Source of the DNA: Phycisphaerae bacterium | Lineage (GTDB): Bacteria > Planctomycetota > Phycisphaerae > UBA1845 > Fen-1342 | Length of the DNA stretch: 64,000 nucleotides | Assembly: GCA_050115495.1 (NCBI GenBank) | Contig: JASFQK010000008.1 | Location: 64,001-128,000, forward strand | Direction: 5' to 3' | Part shown: positions 1 through 9,752 of the stretch, piece after piece | Position numbering within the stretch: the first letter of the stretch is position 1 | Layout of the letters: each line of letters begins with the position of its first letter | Notes under the pieces: model-generated | What the model was told of the DNA's origin: nothing | Database searches by the model: none | Seen by the model: the letters and a program-made list of their open reading frames with translations, nothing else | Translations under genes and position numbers: made by a program

Positions 1-837
1 CATGATCTTTCGGCGATCGGCCCAGCACATGTAAGCGATCGAGACGAAGAATGATGCTGGCAGGCGGTGCAGCTCGGCCACCTTGACGCTGAGGACCGTC
101 GTGCGGCCGCCGAAGCCCATGGGGCCGATGCCAAGCGCGTTGATTTCGCGGTGAAGCTGCTTCTCGAGCTCGTCCAGTTGGAGGTCGGCGTTGTGGTCGC
201 CGAGGGGACGGAAGAGTTGCTCCTTGGCCTTGACCATACTGGTGCCGCGATCGCCGCCGATGCCGACGCCGAGAATGCCCGGGGCACAACCGAAGCCCTG
301 GGCCTGGAAGGCGGCGTCGAGGATGGCCTGGCGGACCCCCTTGAGGTCGCGACTGGCAGCGAACTGGGGCGAGGGAATGCTGTACTGGGCCCCGCAGTTC
401 TCCGAACCGCCACCCTTGAGCATCAGGCCGATGCGCAGCCAGGCGTGCTCGTGTTCGTGGAAGTGGATGGTGGGGAAGTCGATGCCCGTGTTGTCGCCGG
501 AGTTCTTGCCCGACAGGGCGGCGACAGCGTTGGGCCGCAGGTAGGCGGCTTTGGTCGCGATGCGCAGGGCGTCCTGGATCTGGACGGCCATTTGTCGTTG
601 GGAAAACCCCTCCGGGTGCCAGATGTGAAAGTTGGGCGTGCCGGTGTCCTGGCAGATGGGCCGGCCGGTCTCCCGCGACAGGCGCACGTTTTCCAGGATG
701 GTTTCGAGGGCGCCGCGGGCCGCCGAGTCGGGCGCTTCAGCAGCACAGGCGTCGCGAAGGGCCTGCTCGACGTCGGGCGATAGATCGGTGGAGGTGGATT
801 TGATGAGCTCCACCAGATGGTCCGTGATGTTGTCCAT
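1..837 (-). CDS. Class I fumarate hydratase / Fe-S hydro-lyase alpha region (partial, runs off the left edge)
   Basis: Own translation from ATG at 837 (GAGG RBS): MDNITDHLVELIKSTST...RPICQDTG...KGGGSEN...GCAPGILGVGIGG...LGIGPMGFGG...HRLPAS...MCWADRR. These are typical fumarase/tartrate dehydratase alpha motifs. Not in the ORF track because it is truncated. Confidence 0.9.
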   Translation of the reverse strand, partial: MDNITDHLVELIKSTSTDLSPDVEQALRDACAAEAPDSAARGALETILENVRLSRETGRPICQDTGTPNFHIWHPEGFSQRQMAVQIQDALRIATKAAYLRPNAVAALSGKNSGDNTGIDFPTIHFHEHEHAWLRIGLMLKGGGSENCGAQYSIPSPQFAASRDLKGVRQAILDAAFQAQGFGCAPGILGVGIGGDRGTSMVKAKEQLFRPLGDHNADLQLDELEKQLHREINALGIGPMGFGGRTTVLSVKVAELHRLPASFFVSIAYMCWADRRKIM

Positions 838-907
838 GGTCACCTCTTACCAGAATGACCCCGGCACCTCCCCACGGACCGTCATTATGGGGCCATCCGT
901 CGTCGGG

Positions 908-1624
908 TCAACCGCGGTATTCGCCACGGACGGGGCGGTCGGTGATGCCGAGATACTGCTCGATGCGTTGTTCGAGGAAGAGGGCGTGTTCAGGGTCATC
1001 GAGCATGCCGAGTAGCTTGATTCGCCCGCCGCCGACGGTGGCGGCATGCAGTTCGTACTGCACGCTGGTTCTGCCGCGGTTGCTGTGCCGCAGGCGCTCA
1101 CGGCAATAGAGCTGTTCGAGATCGCCGGTGGGCACGACGCGGTTGCCCGGCCAGGGTAACGGACCGTGGCGGATGGCCAGTTGCCCGGCGTCGACCGTGA
1201 TGACCGTGCGGTTCACAAAGCCGCAGAGGGTGAAGTAGGTCAGCCCAATGCCGACCGCGACGTGCAAGATGGGGAAGACGGCCATGATCCAGGGGGCGTC
1301 TCCGCCGAAGGCTATCGAGTACCAGAACACGAGAAACTCGTCCCAGAAGGCGCAGAAGAAAACGAGGAAGATGAAGGCTGGCGAGAACCAACGGCGAGTG
1401 ATGCGGAGGTTGCCGTCCCAGTCTTCGACGTGCAGGCCGCGGGGTTGGGGGACGGGCACCTCGTCAGACGCCGCTGACCGGGTCACCGGGCCGCCGCGCT
1501 CCCGGTCCAGGGCGTCGGCGAAGCTGAAGACGGCGTTGCAGGTGCGGCAGCGGGCGATGGCCGAGTCGACGTTCAGGTCGTCCGCCGGAATCTGCGCGCC
1601 GCAGTGTGGGCAGTGTACGTGCAT
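908..1624 (-). CDS. Zn-ribbon membrane protein (CxxC...CxxC, two TM helices)
   Basis: CPHC/CRTC at the N-terminus, two hydrophobic segments, GGAGG RBS before ATG 1624. Confidence 0.75.
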   Translation of the reverse strand: MHVHCPHCGAQIPADDLNVDSAIARCRTCNAVFSFADALDRERGGPVTRSAASDEVPVPQPRGLHVEDWDGNLRITRRWFSPAFIFLVFFCAFWDEFLVFWYSIAFGGDAPWIMAVFPILHVAVGIGLTYFTLCGFVNRTVITVDAGQLAIRHGPLPWPGNRVVPTGDLEQLYCRERLRHSNRGRTSVQYELHAATVGGGRIKLLGMLDDPEHALFLEQRIEQYLGITDRPVRGEYRG

Positions 1625-1666
1625 GGCCAACCTCCGGAGGCGCCGGCCGCCCGGCGCCGCGGGCGG

Positions 1667-2482
1667 CTACGGCGACGGTGTATCTTCCGGCGAAAGGAGC
1701 AGGGGGGCCAGGATGTGCTCGACGAACGCCGCCGAGGTGCCGTCCGTGTGCATGCCGTCGTAGCCGTAATCCCGGTAGTGCTTGCGATAGGGCATGTTGC
1801 GCAGGCGCGGGCCGTACACTTCGGCGACCGGCGTGTCTTCGCCGGTGGGCGCGGCGAAGCCGAAGAGGCCGGCGACGTTGATGCCGCGCGTCCGCCGATC
1901 GACCGAGCCGGTGATCGGCACGGCGTGAAGGAGGACGGGGTCATCGGGAGAATAGAAGTTGTATAGGCGGCCGCGCACGTGCCGCAGGGCCGGTCGCAGG
2001 TCGTAGTCGCGGGACATGCTGCTGCCGAGGAAGACGACGTTGTTCACCTGGAGTTCGTCGGGCAGATTTTCGAGGGCCCAGGTCGTGATTCCTGTTCCCG
2101 CGGACAGGGCGATGATGTTCACCGGGCACGCCGGATGATGGCGCAGATAGGCTTCGACGCGTTGGGCCAGCCGGTGCGCCTGCTCCTCGTTGCGCGAACG
2201 GTCAATCTGGTCGCGCAGGTGGCTGGGGATGAGACCCTGCCAGCCGAAGACTTCGAGCGAGCCCTCGTAGCCGGCTTGGCGCAGGCCGTGCGGCACGTCG
2301 ATCGTGCCGATGTGGCCGAAGGGCCCGGCGCCGCCGACGTAGTAGGTGCGGCCGTGCTCGCTGCCCGTGGCGTCGGTGCCGAGATAGGTGATCCAGGTGC
2401 AGCCGGTCAGGCAGCAGAGACCGGCGCAAAGCAGGAGGGTGAACCACCCCGCCAGCCTGTGGCGAACGCACCTCAACAACAC
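1667..2482 (-). CDS. Putative lipoprotein of the alpha/beta-hydrolase fold
   Basis: Signal peptide ending LTGC; nucleophile-elbow-like IIALSAGTG; LYNFYSPDD and GMHTD. Confidence 0.65.
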   Translation of the reverse strand: MLLRCVRHRLAGWFTLLLCAGLCCLTGCTWITYLGTDATGSEHGRTYYVGGAGPFGHIGTIDVPHGLRQAGYEGSLEVFGWQGLIPSHLRDQIDRSRNEEQAHRLAQRVEAYLRHHPACPVNIIALSAGTGITTWALENLPDELQVNNVVFLGSSMSRDYDLRPALRHVRGRLYNFYSPDDPVLLHAVPITGSVDRRTRGINVAGLFGFAAPTGEDTPVAEVYGPRLRNMPYRKHYRDYGYDGMHTDGTSAAFVEHILAPLLLSPEDTPSP

Positions 2483-2546
2483 AGAGTGAAACCTCCCGTG
2501 GACGGTTCCGGTCAGCGATCCGGGGACCGTCGGCCGAGTCGGTGGA

Positions 2547-2942
2547 TCAGGGTCCGGCGGCGTCCAGCACCTCGTCTTCGACGTAGATGGGCACGTCGCT
2601 GGCCACCCCGAGGGCGATGGCGTCGGACGGGCGACTGTCGACGTCCACGAGCTCGCCGTGACTGCGGAGGATCAGTTGGGCGTAGAAGGTGCCTTCGTGC
2701 AGGTCGTTGACGACGATCTTCTCCAGTTCGGCGGAGAGGGTGTCAATGACGTTGGCCAGGAGGTCGTGCGTCATGGGCCGCTGCGTGCGCAGGCCCTTGA
2801 GACGCCGGTCGATGGCGAGGGCTTCGGTCAGGCCGATGACGATGTGTAGTGTCCGGGAGCCGTTGCGTTCGCGCAGGACGATTAGCTGACGCTCGCGCGT
2901 CTCGCAGATCACGATCCTGGCCAGGTCCATCCGGACTTCCAT
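2547..2942 (-). CDS. Bifunctional nuclease family protein (DUF151)
   Basis: IVIGLTEALAI, RPMTHDLL, GTFYAQL, DSRPSDAIAL motifs. Confidence 0.92.
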   Translation of the reverse strand: MEVRMDLARIVICETRERQLIVLRERNGSRTLHIVIGLTEALAIDRRLKGLRTQRPMTHDLLANVIDTLSAELEKIVVNDLHEGTFYAQLILRSHGELVDVDSRPSDAIALGVASDVPIYVEDEVLDAAGP

Positions 2943-3105
2943 ACGCCGCCTCACCTTGGGCCGAACCGCAAGCTATCCCTGCCGCCGGGGGCTGTCAAGG
3001 AAAGCTGTGGTGGCGTGGCGGCGTGCGATTGACCGCGCTCCGCCGGGCTTCCTATGCTGGGCGCCGGTTGTTGCCGATAACCTGCATTCTGCGAGGCCGA
3101 TCGCC

Positions 3106-4824
3106 GTGCTGCGTCTGCTGGCTATCCTGGTTCTTGTGCCGATGGCGGCACTACTCGTCTGGCTGGGGCTTGGCCCGGCTCCCGAGCGTGCCGACTTCGT
3201 GCTCACGTCCGACGAGCCGCGCACGCTGGACCCGCATGGCGTGAGCTGGATTCCCGAAATCCAGATCGCCAACGCCCTGTTCGAGGGGCTGACGCGGGCG
3301 GGGGCGGAGACGTTCCTGCCGGAGCCGGCGGTCGCCGAGTCGTGGGAGGTCAGCCCGGACCAAACCGAGTGGACGTTTCACCTGCGGCCGGAGGCCCGCT
3401 GGTCGAACGGCGATCCGGTGACGGCGGAGGACTTCCGGTTCGCCTGGCTGCGCGTGCTCGACCCGCACGTGGCTGCGCAGTACGCGAGCCTGCTGTTCGT
3501 CGTGCGCGGTGCCGAGGCATACTACCGCTCGCGGGCGGATGATGATCCGGGCAACGATGTGCCTGCGGGCGAGGTGGGCGTGAGCGTCGACGACGCGCAG
3601 ACGTTGCGCGTGACGCTGGCGGCGCCGTGTTCGTACTTCCTGGACCTGACGTCGTTTCCGACGTTGGCTCCGGTGCATCGGCCGACGATCGAGCGCTGGG
3701 CGTACCGCGACGGGCGCGTGCTGACGGTAACGCAACATCTCTGGACGCGGCCGGAGAATATGGTCTGTAACGGGGCGTTCGTGCTGGCCCGCTGGACGTT
3801 CAAGAAGCGGATACTGCTGGAACGCAATCCGTTCTACTGGGACCCGGCGGGCACCAACGTCAACACGATCGAGGTGTACATCTCGAACGATCCGAATGCG
3901 GCGCTGATGGCGTACGAGGCGGGGCGGGTGGATTTGATCCGCGGCATGGAAACGCCGGTGGCGCGGGCTCTGCTGGCGGCACAGCAGGCGGGGCAGCGGA
4001 ACGACTTTCACATCGGCGATCGGTTCGCGACGTTTTTCTATCGCGTGAATTGTCGCCGGCCGCCGCTGGATGATGCGGATTTGCGGCGGGCGTTGTCGCT
4101 GGCAATCGACCGGGAGGCGATTTGTGCGCATGTGATGGGGTTGGGGGAGGCGCCGGCGCGGACGTACGTGCCGCCGGGAGCGGTGCCGCTCATGCCGCGG
4201 CAGACGCCGGACGGGAGGACGGTTTACTACGCGCCGCCGGCGGGGCTGGGTGAGGGGTTGAGTCAGGCGCAGCGTGAGGTGCTGGCGCGCGAGTACCTGG
4301 AGCGGCACCTGCGGCGGGCGGGGCTGGACGGGCCGGGGGCGCTGCGGCCGTTGGAGCTGGCCTTCGGAGCGGACCCGGAGCAACGCCGCGTCGCCGAGGC
4401 TGTGCAGCAGATGTGGGTGAGCGCGCTCGGTATTCGCGTGGATCTGCGGGCGATCGAGGGCAAGGTGCTGAGCACGCGCATTCGCGAGTTGGATTATGAC
4501 CTGGCTCGCAGCAACTGGTACGGCGACTACCTCGACCCGAGCACGTTCCTGAACATGTTCGCTACCGGCGACGGGCAGAATCGTACGGGGTGGTCGGACT
4601 TGCGCTACGACGAGCTGATCGCCGCCGCGGCGCGGGAGCCGGACAACGAACGCCGTTACGAGCAACTGGCCGAGGCGGAACGCATCCTCTGCACCGAGGG
4701 CGTACCGATCATTACGGTCTTTCATCGGCGGGGGAACTTCCTGCTACGGCCGGGCTTCGCCGGTCTGAACGATCACGTGCGCGATCTGCTGCCGATCCAC
4801 CGGGTTCGGCGGGTTGCGGAGTGA
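3106..4824 (+). CDS. Oligopeptide ABC transporter substrate-binding protein (OppA-like)
   Basis: [61 protein letters not shown]; start inferred at GTG 3106. Confidence 0.92.
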   Translation: [572 protein letters not shown]

Positions 4825-4854
4825 GAGGGGCGGCCGTCACGGTGGGTGGGCGGA

Positions 4855-5121
4855 TCAGGCCGGCCGGCGGAAGTGGTCGGCGTTGATTTCCATGAAACGC
4901 CGCCATTTCTCGGGCAGCTCGTCCTCGGCGAAGATGGCCTTCACGGGGCACTCGTCGACGCAGAGGCCGCAGTCGATGCAGATGTCGGGGTTGATGAAGA
5001 GCTGCTCGGCGGCGTCGAAGTCGGGCTCGTCGGGTCGCGGGTGGATGCAGTCGACCGGACAGACCTCGACGCACGAGGCGTCCTTCACACCACGGCACGG
5101 CTCGGCGATGTAATGCGACAT
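4855..5121 (-). CDS. 7Fe-type (FdxA-like) ferredoxin
   Basis: EPCRGVKDASCVEVCPVDCIH ... CIDCGLCVDECPVKAIF. Confidence 0.93.
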   Translation of the reverse strand: MSHYIAEPCRGVKDASCVEVCPVDCIHPRPDEPDFDAAEQLFINPDICIDCGLCVDECPVKAIFAEDELPEKWRRFMEINADHFRRPA

Positions 5122-5405
5122 GCAGGTTGCTCCGTGATAGTGGTACCGCCGGCGGCGGCACCACGCGGCCCGGCTCAGTTGCGGTGATTATAGCAGGGGG
5201 CGGGCGGGGAGGCAGAGGGGGCCGCGCGTCGGACGCCGCTCGTGGCAGATGTGCTACTGCGGCCTCGTTGCGTGGCGGTACTTGATGGGTGCTCGGCATC
5301 CGGGCGTTGATTCGAGCTGTATATTCTGGGTACGATCACGGGTGGTTAGTCGAGAAGGCGCGGTCGCCGGCGAGGTCGCCGGGTGACGGCGGAGGGTGGT
5401 GACGC

Positions 5406-6614
5406 GTGATGGCTCTTGGTTCGCGTATCGTGGGGAGTTGGCCGCGGCTGTGGCTCGGCGTGGCCAGTCTCGTCGTGGCGGCGGTGATCTGGCTGCCGCT
5501 GGTGCACTACCTCTTCCGGTGCGATCCCGCGGAGTACCGGTCGGTCGCCGATGTCCCGCCTCGGGCCGTCAAGCTGGCGGCGCGGCACGTGCGCCTGTGG
5601 GATGATCCCGCACAGCGCCGGCGTGCTACGGACGTGCTGCGGGCGTGCAATCCTGAATGGGACCTCATGTCGCGCGGCTACCTCGTGCTGTCGCTGGCCA
5701 ACATGTCGCTGCGTGAGCCGGCCAGGCAGGAGGCGGATCTGGCCACCATCGATCAGATCATCGACGACACGCTCGCCGCCGAGCGGGAACACGGCCACGG
5801 TCATTTCCTGCTGCCTTATGCGCACGCGCGGCCGTTCGTGCTCCGGCCGGCCCGCAGTCAGCATGTGGACAGCCAGATTGGGCTGATGCTGGCGGCGCGC
5901 TGCGTGCTGAAACGTAGCGAGAGTTATGGTGAACTCCTGCGCGAGCGGGTCGAGATCATGCAGCAACGCATGGAAGCCAGTCCGGTGCTGGCCGCGGAGA
6001 GCTACCCCGACGAGTGCTGGATGTACGACAACGTCAACGCTCTGGCGGTGATGCGGCTGTCCGATGTGCTGTTCGGGACTGACCACGCGGACTTCCTGAA
6101 GCGGTGGCGCGAGGTGGCGCCGCCGCGGCTGAGCGATCCGGGCTCGAAGCTGCTCATCTCGAGCTTCACGTGTTCGGGGACGGCGTTGGACGGGCCGGAG
6201 GGATCGACGATCTGGATGGTCGCGCATGCGCTTCAGCTTGTGGATGCGGATCTGGCTCGCGAGCAGTACCGGCTGGCCCGACGGGAACTGTCGCGGACGC
6301 TGCTCGGCTTCGGCTATGCGCGGGAGTGGCCGGACTCGTGGGTCGGGCCGGCGGATGTGGACAGCGGACCGCCGATTCCGGGGCTCGGCGTCAGTGCGGG
6401 GTCCAGCGGAACCGCCCTGATCGCGGCGAGCGCGTTCGACGATACGGTGTACCTGGCGGAGCTGTTCACGACGCTGGATTTCGCCGGCTTCCCCCAGGAG
6501 GACGAGCGTACGCTGCGCTACTGTGCGAGTAACGAGTTGGGCGACGCGGTCACGCTCTATGCGACGGTGCTGGGGCCGCTGTGGGATTGGGCCCTGTCGG
6601 AGGGGCGGCCATGA
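5406..6614 (+). CDS. Membrane-anchored protein, possibly linalool dehydratase/isomerase-like (alpha/alpha barrel)
   Basis: N-terminal TM helix; ESYPDECWMYDN, GFGYAREWP, DVDSGP motifs recalled from LDI-domain homologues; ATGA overlap with the next gene. Confidence 0.5.
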   Translation: MMALGSRIVGSWPRLWLGVASLVVAAVIWLPLVHYLFRCDPAEYRSVADVPPRAVKLAARHVRLWDDPAQRRRATDVLRACNPEWDLMSRGYLVLSLANMSLREPARQEADLATIDQIIDDTLAAEREHGHGHFLLPYAHARPFVLRPARSQHVDSQIGLMLAARCVLKRSESYGELLRERVEIMQQRMEASPVLAAESYPDECWMYDNVNALAVMRLSDVLFGTDHADFLKRWREVAPPRLSDPGSKLLISSFTCSGTALDGPEGSTIWMVAHALQLVDADLAREQYRLARRELSRTLLGFGYAREWPDSWVGPADVDSGPPIPGLGVSAGSSGTALIAASAFDDTVYLAELFTTLDFAGFPQEDERTLRYCASNELGDAVTLYATVLGPLWDWALSEGRP

Positions 6615-6952
6615 AGAAGCTGTCACTGGCGGGGTTGCTGTCGCCGGTCAGCCTGCTCATGGTGGCGGCGCTGCTGATGGCGGCCTATGCGGTCTGTCAC
6701 GCCGCCGGCTGGCGGGAGTATGTGGGCGTCATCTCGGGGACGTACTCGACGACGGCGGGTTCGGTCGACACGCAGATCGTGAAGGCTGGTGTGTACGCGG
6801 GTCTGTACTTCGCCGTTGTGCTGCTGGTTCCCGTGCTGGTATTGGCGGCGTTGCTGCAAGTGCTGGTGCTGCGGGTGTTTCGCCGTCGGCATCTGCGGGC
6901 GTCGGGACAGCTCGGCGAGGTTTCGGGCGACGGTGCCGATGGGGCGGAATAG
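6611..6952 (+). CDS. Small membrane protein (2 TM)
   Basis: ATGA overlap with the upstream stop; two hydrophobic segments. Confidence 0.7.
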   Translation: MKKLSLAGLLSPVSLLMVAALLMAAYAVCHAAGWREYVGVISGTYSTTAGSVDTQIVKAGVYAGLYFAVVLLVPVLVLAALLQVLVLRVFRRRHLRASGQLGEVSGDGADGAE

Positions 6953-7150
6953 CCGGCAGTGACGGGGTCGCGGCGCCGTCCGGACGCCACTGCGGATTCG
7001 TCTGCCCGGGCAGAAAAACGGCTGTACAACGCGGGGGCGGCAGGGCATATTACTAGTGAAGACCTATCTGAGGGGTTCCACGGCGTGGGTTCCGTGGACA
7101 CGATCGGCACAGGAGGGCCTTCGGCTCAGGCCGAGAAACAGGAGATCGAC

Positions 7151-8182
7151 ATGTTGAAGGGGACTTTCAGCCTATTGGCCGTGGTGGCGGTTTGCGCCTG
7201 CGCCGTTGTGGTGCAGGCGGCCGTGGTGATCGAAACCGTACCCGTCGGCAACCCGCGCAACGCTGGCGAGCTCTCCGGCGGCGGCTCGGGCGGAGTTGGC
7301 CCGAGTCGAACCTGCGGCTCGGTGTATTACACGTACAACATGGGTAAGTACGAGGTGACGGCAGCGCAGTACACCGAGTTCCTCAACGCCGTGGCTGCGA
7401 CCGACACGTACGGCTTGTACAACACGAACATGTGGTCGAACGGTAGCGGCTGCAAGATCGAGCGCTACGCCGGCAGCGGCACTCCCGGCGACCCGTACCA
7501 GTATCGCGTGGCGGACGACTGGGCGAACCGCCCGGTGAATTACGTGAGCTACTGGGATGCCTGCCGGTTTGCGAACTGGCTGCACAACGGGCAGCCGACG
7601 GGGGCGCAGGGCGATGGCACGACGGAGACGGGGGCCTACACACTCGACGGCTACAACGGCATAGACGGGCGGGAGATCCACCGCAACGGCGAGGCCACCT
7701 GGGCGGTGCCGAGCGAGGACGAGTGGTACAAGGCGGCGTATCACAAGAACGACGGGGTGACGGGCAACTTCTACAAATTCCCAACGCGCCGCAATGCTCC
7801 TCCGTGCAACGACCTGGTCGACCCTGATCCCGGCCACAACGCGACGTACTACGACGATGGCCAGACGATCGGCAGTCCCTACTACCGCACGGAAGTGGGG
7901 GCCCACGAGAACTCCGGCAGCATGTACGGCACCTTCGACCAGGGCGGGAACGTCATGGAGTGGAACGAGGCGATCATAGTCACGGCATTCGACTATACAC
8001 GGCGCGGCGTGCGGGGTGGGTGCTACTTCAACGAGGACCGCTACCTATCCGCGCGGCGCCGCGACCTGCAGATCCCGGCGGACGAGTCCTCCGCCTGCGG
8101 GTTCCGTGTCGCCGAGGTTCCTGAGCCCGCGTCGATAGTGATGCTGGCCCTGGCGGGCATGGGGCTCATGCGGAGGAGATAG
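7151..8182 (+). CDS. FGE-sulfatase (SUMF1) domain PEP-CTERM protein
   Basis: GGAG RBS, signal peptide, MGKYEVT, RPVNYVSYWDA, PSEDEWYKAAY, DQGGNVMEW, GFRV, then VPEPAS-TM-RRR. Confidence 0.92.
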   Translation: MLKGTFSLLAVVAVCACAVVVQAAVVIETVPVGNPRNAGELSGGGSGGVGPSRTCGSVYYTYNMGKYEVTAAQYTEFLNAVAATDTYGLYNTNMWSNGSGCKIERYAGSGTPGDPYQYRVADDWANRPVNYVSYWDACRFANWLHNGQPTGAQGDGTTETGAYTLDGYNGIDGREIHRNGEATWAVPSEDEWYKAAYHKNDGVTGNFYKFPTRRNAPPCNDLVDPDPGHNATYYDDGQTIGSPYYRTEVGAHENSGSMYGTFDQGGNVMEWNEAIIVTAFDYTRRGVRGGCYFNEDRYLSARRRDLQIPADESSACGFRVAEVPEPASIVMLALAGMGLMRRR

Positions 8183-8690
8183 GGCGGCGGTCTGACTCCT
8201 GGCCCCTCGGTTCGCTTGCTCTTCAATCGCGGCGGGTGGCAGTTCGCGTGAGCGGGCACTCGTGGAGCGAGACGGCGGCCTTCCTGGCGTCGCCCGCGGC
8301 CAAGACGGCGGTCGCCGCACTGCGGACGATGTCGCCGGTCTGGCACGAACTCTTTACAGGGACCGGATGACGAACGCGCGGCTGACGAACGAGTTAGCGG
8401 GCTCCTGACCGCTACAGGCGTGACGTTCGCCTGCGGTGCAGGCGCCGGGATTGTCATCGTGAGGGGCGCCTGCTAGTATCAGGCAGTGGGCAAGGCAAGT
8501 CGAGGCGTTGCGACGGTGCTTGGGCGTCGGCTGCACGCGCAGCGTTCAGGTTGTCCGGGTCCGTTGGGGACCGTCCAGGCAACGCCCGTCGTGGCAGCCG
8601 GATACGAGTTGCCACGATTGCGACAGCGGATGCTCGTCAGAAGCACGTCGATGTTGGTCTTCCAGTGGTCTCGTATGCAGGGGAAGAGAA

Positions 8691-9479
8691 ATGACCGATC
8701 GCGGCTGGCGGACCGTGTACGGCGTCATTCGTGACCCGCTCAGGAAACGGTTTTCAGTGCAGGAACTGCGCGCCGTGTTGGGCAAAGCCGGCTTCGATAT
8801 AGTGGCGCTGCCTCGCGACGATGATCGCGCGAAGATCTTCGCAAAGGTCGACGCAGCGTTTGAGAAGATGTCGGAGCGTGAGAAGGCCGCCGCGCTGTCG
8901 ATCCTCGCGGAGGAACTCACGAAAGGGGACGACGGGCTGCTCCAGGAGTCTCGAACTGCGTTGGAAAGGCATGGCTTCGACTACTTCGACGGCGTGTTCT
9001 CGTATGTGGAGCTATTCGACGAACGAGACCGCCCGTTCGTTCCCGAAAGCGCTATCCCGGATCTTTCCAAAGCACTGACCCGGCTTGCTGACCACGACTA
9101 CAGCGGTGCGATCGGCGCGGCATGTGGTGCTGTCGATTCGGTCACACAGAGAATCTACGCGGCTGCGGGAAGACCAGTTCCTGATGGTTTTCAAGGGAAG
9201 GTGTGCTCAGTGCTCAAGCCCCTTTGGAGCGGACTTGTTTCGCGACTCGTCGATGAAATCGGCATGAGTCAGAGCGATGCGGCCGATCTGGTGAAGTGCC
9301 TGCGAGGCAGCTGTACGTCGTCGTCGAACGCACTGCAGATCATGCGCAGGACCCTCGGAGACGTGCATGGCGATAAGCCTGCCACCGCCCAAACCGCCTA
9401 TTACGCAATCAAATCCGCTGCTGCGCTTTGCGGAATGATGAGCGAAGGTCTGCTTGGAGCACATCCAGTGCCAGCTTAA
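8691..9479 (+). CDS. Abi_C / HEPN-like abortive-infection family protein
   Basis: C-terminal DYSGAIGAACGAVDSV ... MRRTLGDVHG (Rx5H); lower GC than flanks. Confidence 0.6.
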   Translation: MTDRGWRTVYGVIRDPLRKRFSVQELRAVLGKAGFDIVALPRDDDRAKIFAKVDAAFEKMSEREKAAALSILAEELTKGDDGLLQESRTALERHGFDYFDGVFSYVELFDERDRPFVPESAIPDLSKALTRLADHDYSGAIGAACGAVDSVTQRIYAAAGRPVPDGFQGKVCSVLKPLWSGLVSRLVDEIGMSQSDAADLVKCLRGSCTSSSNALQIMRRTLGDVHGDKPATAQTAYYAIKSAAALCGMMSEGLLGAHPVPA

Positions 9480-9752
9480 GGGATCAGGTTCCTCCGCCGG
9501 AGGCGCCGTGGAGAACGGATCTCGGAGAATGCGGCGCGTTCCTGCACTTCCGTCCATACGGCGAAGCCCCTTCGCCGGAAGGCTGGGGGGGTACGGCGTA
9601 GGCCCGAGACAACTCGGGCAGGTGCAACTCGATCAACGGGCTACGATATTGTATGATGGACAAGGAGACTGGTAAGGGTTCTCAAGGTGCGGCGCGGTCG
9701 ACACATCGAGCCGCAGATGAGCGCGAGTCCAGTTGGAGTGAGGAGGCCTCTG

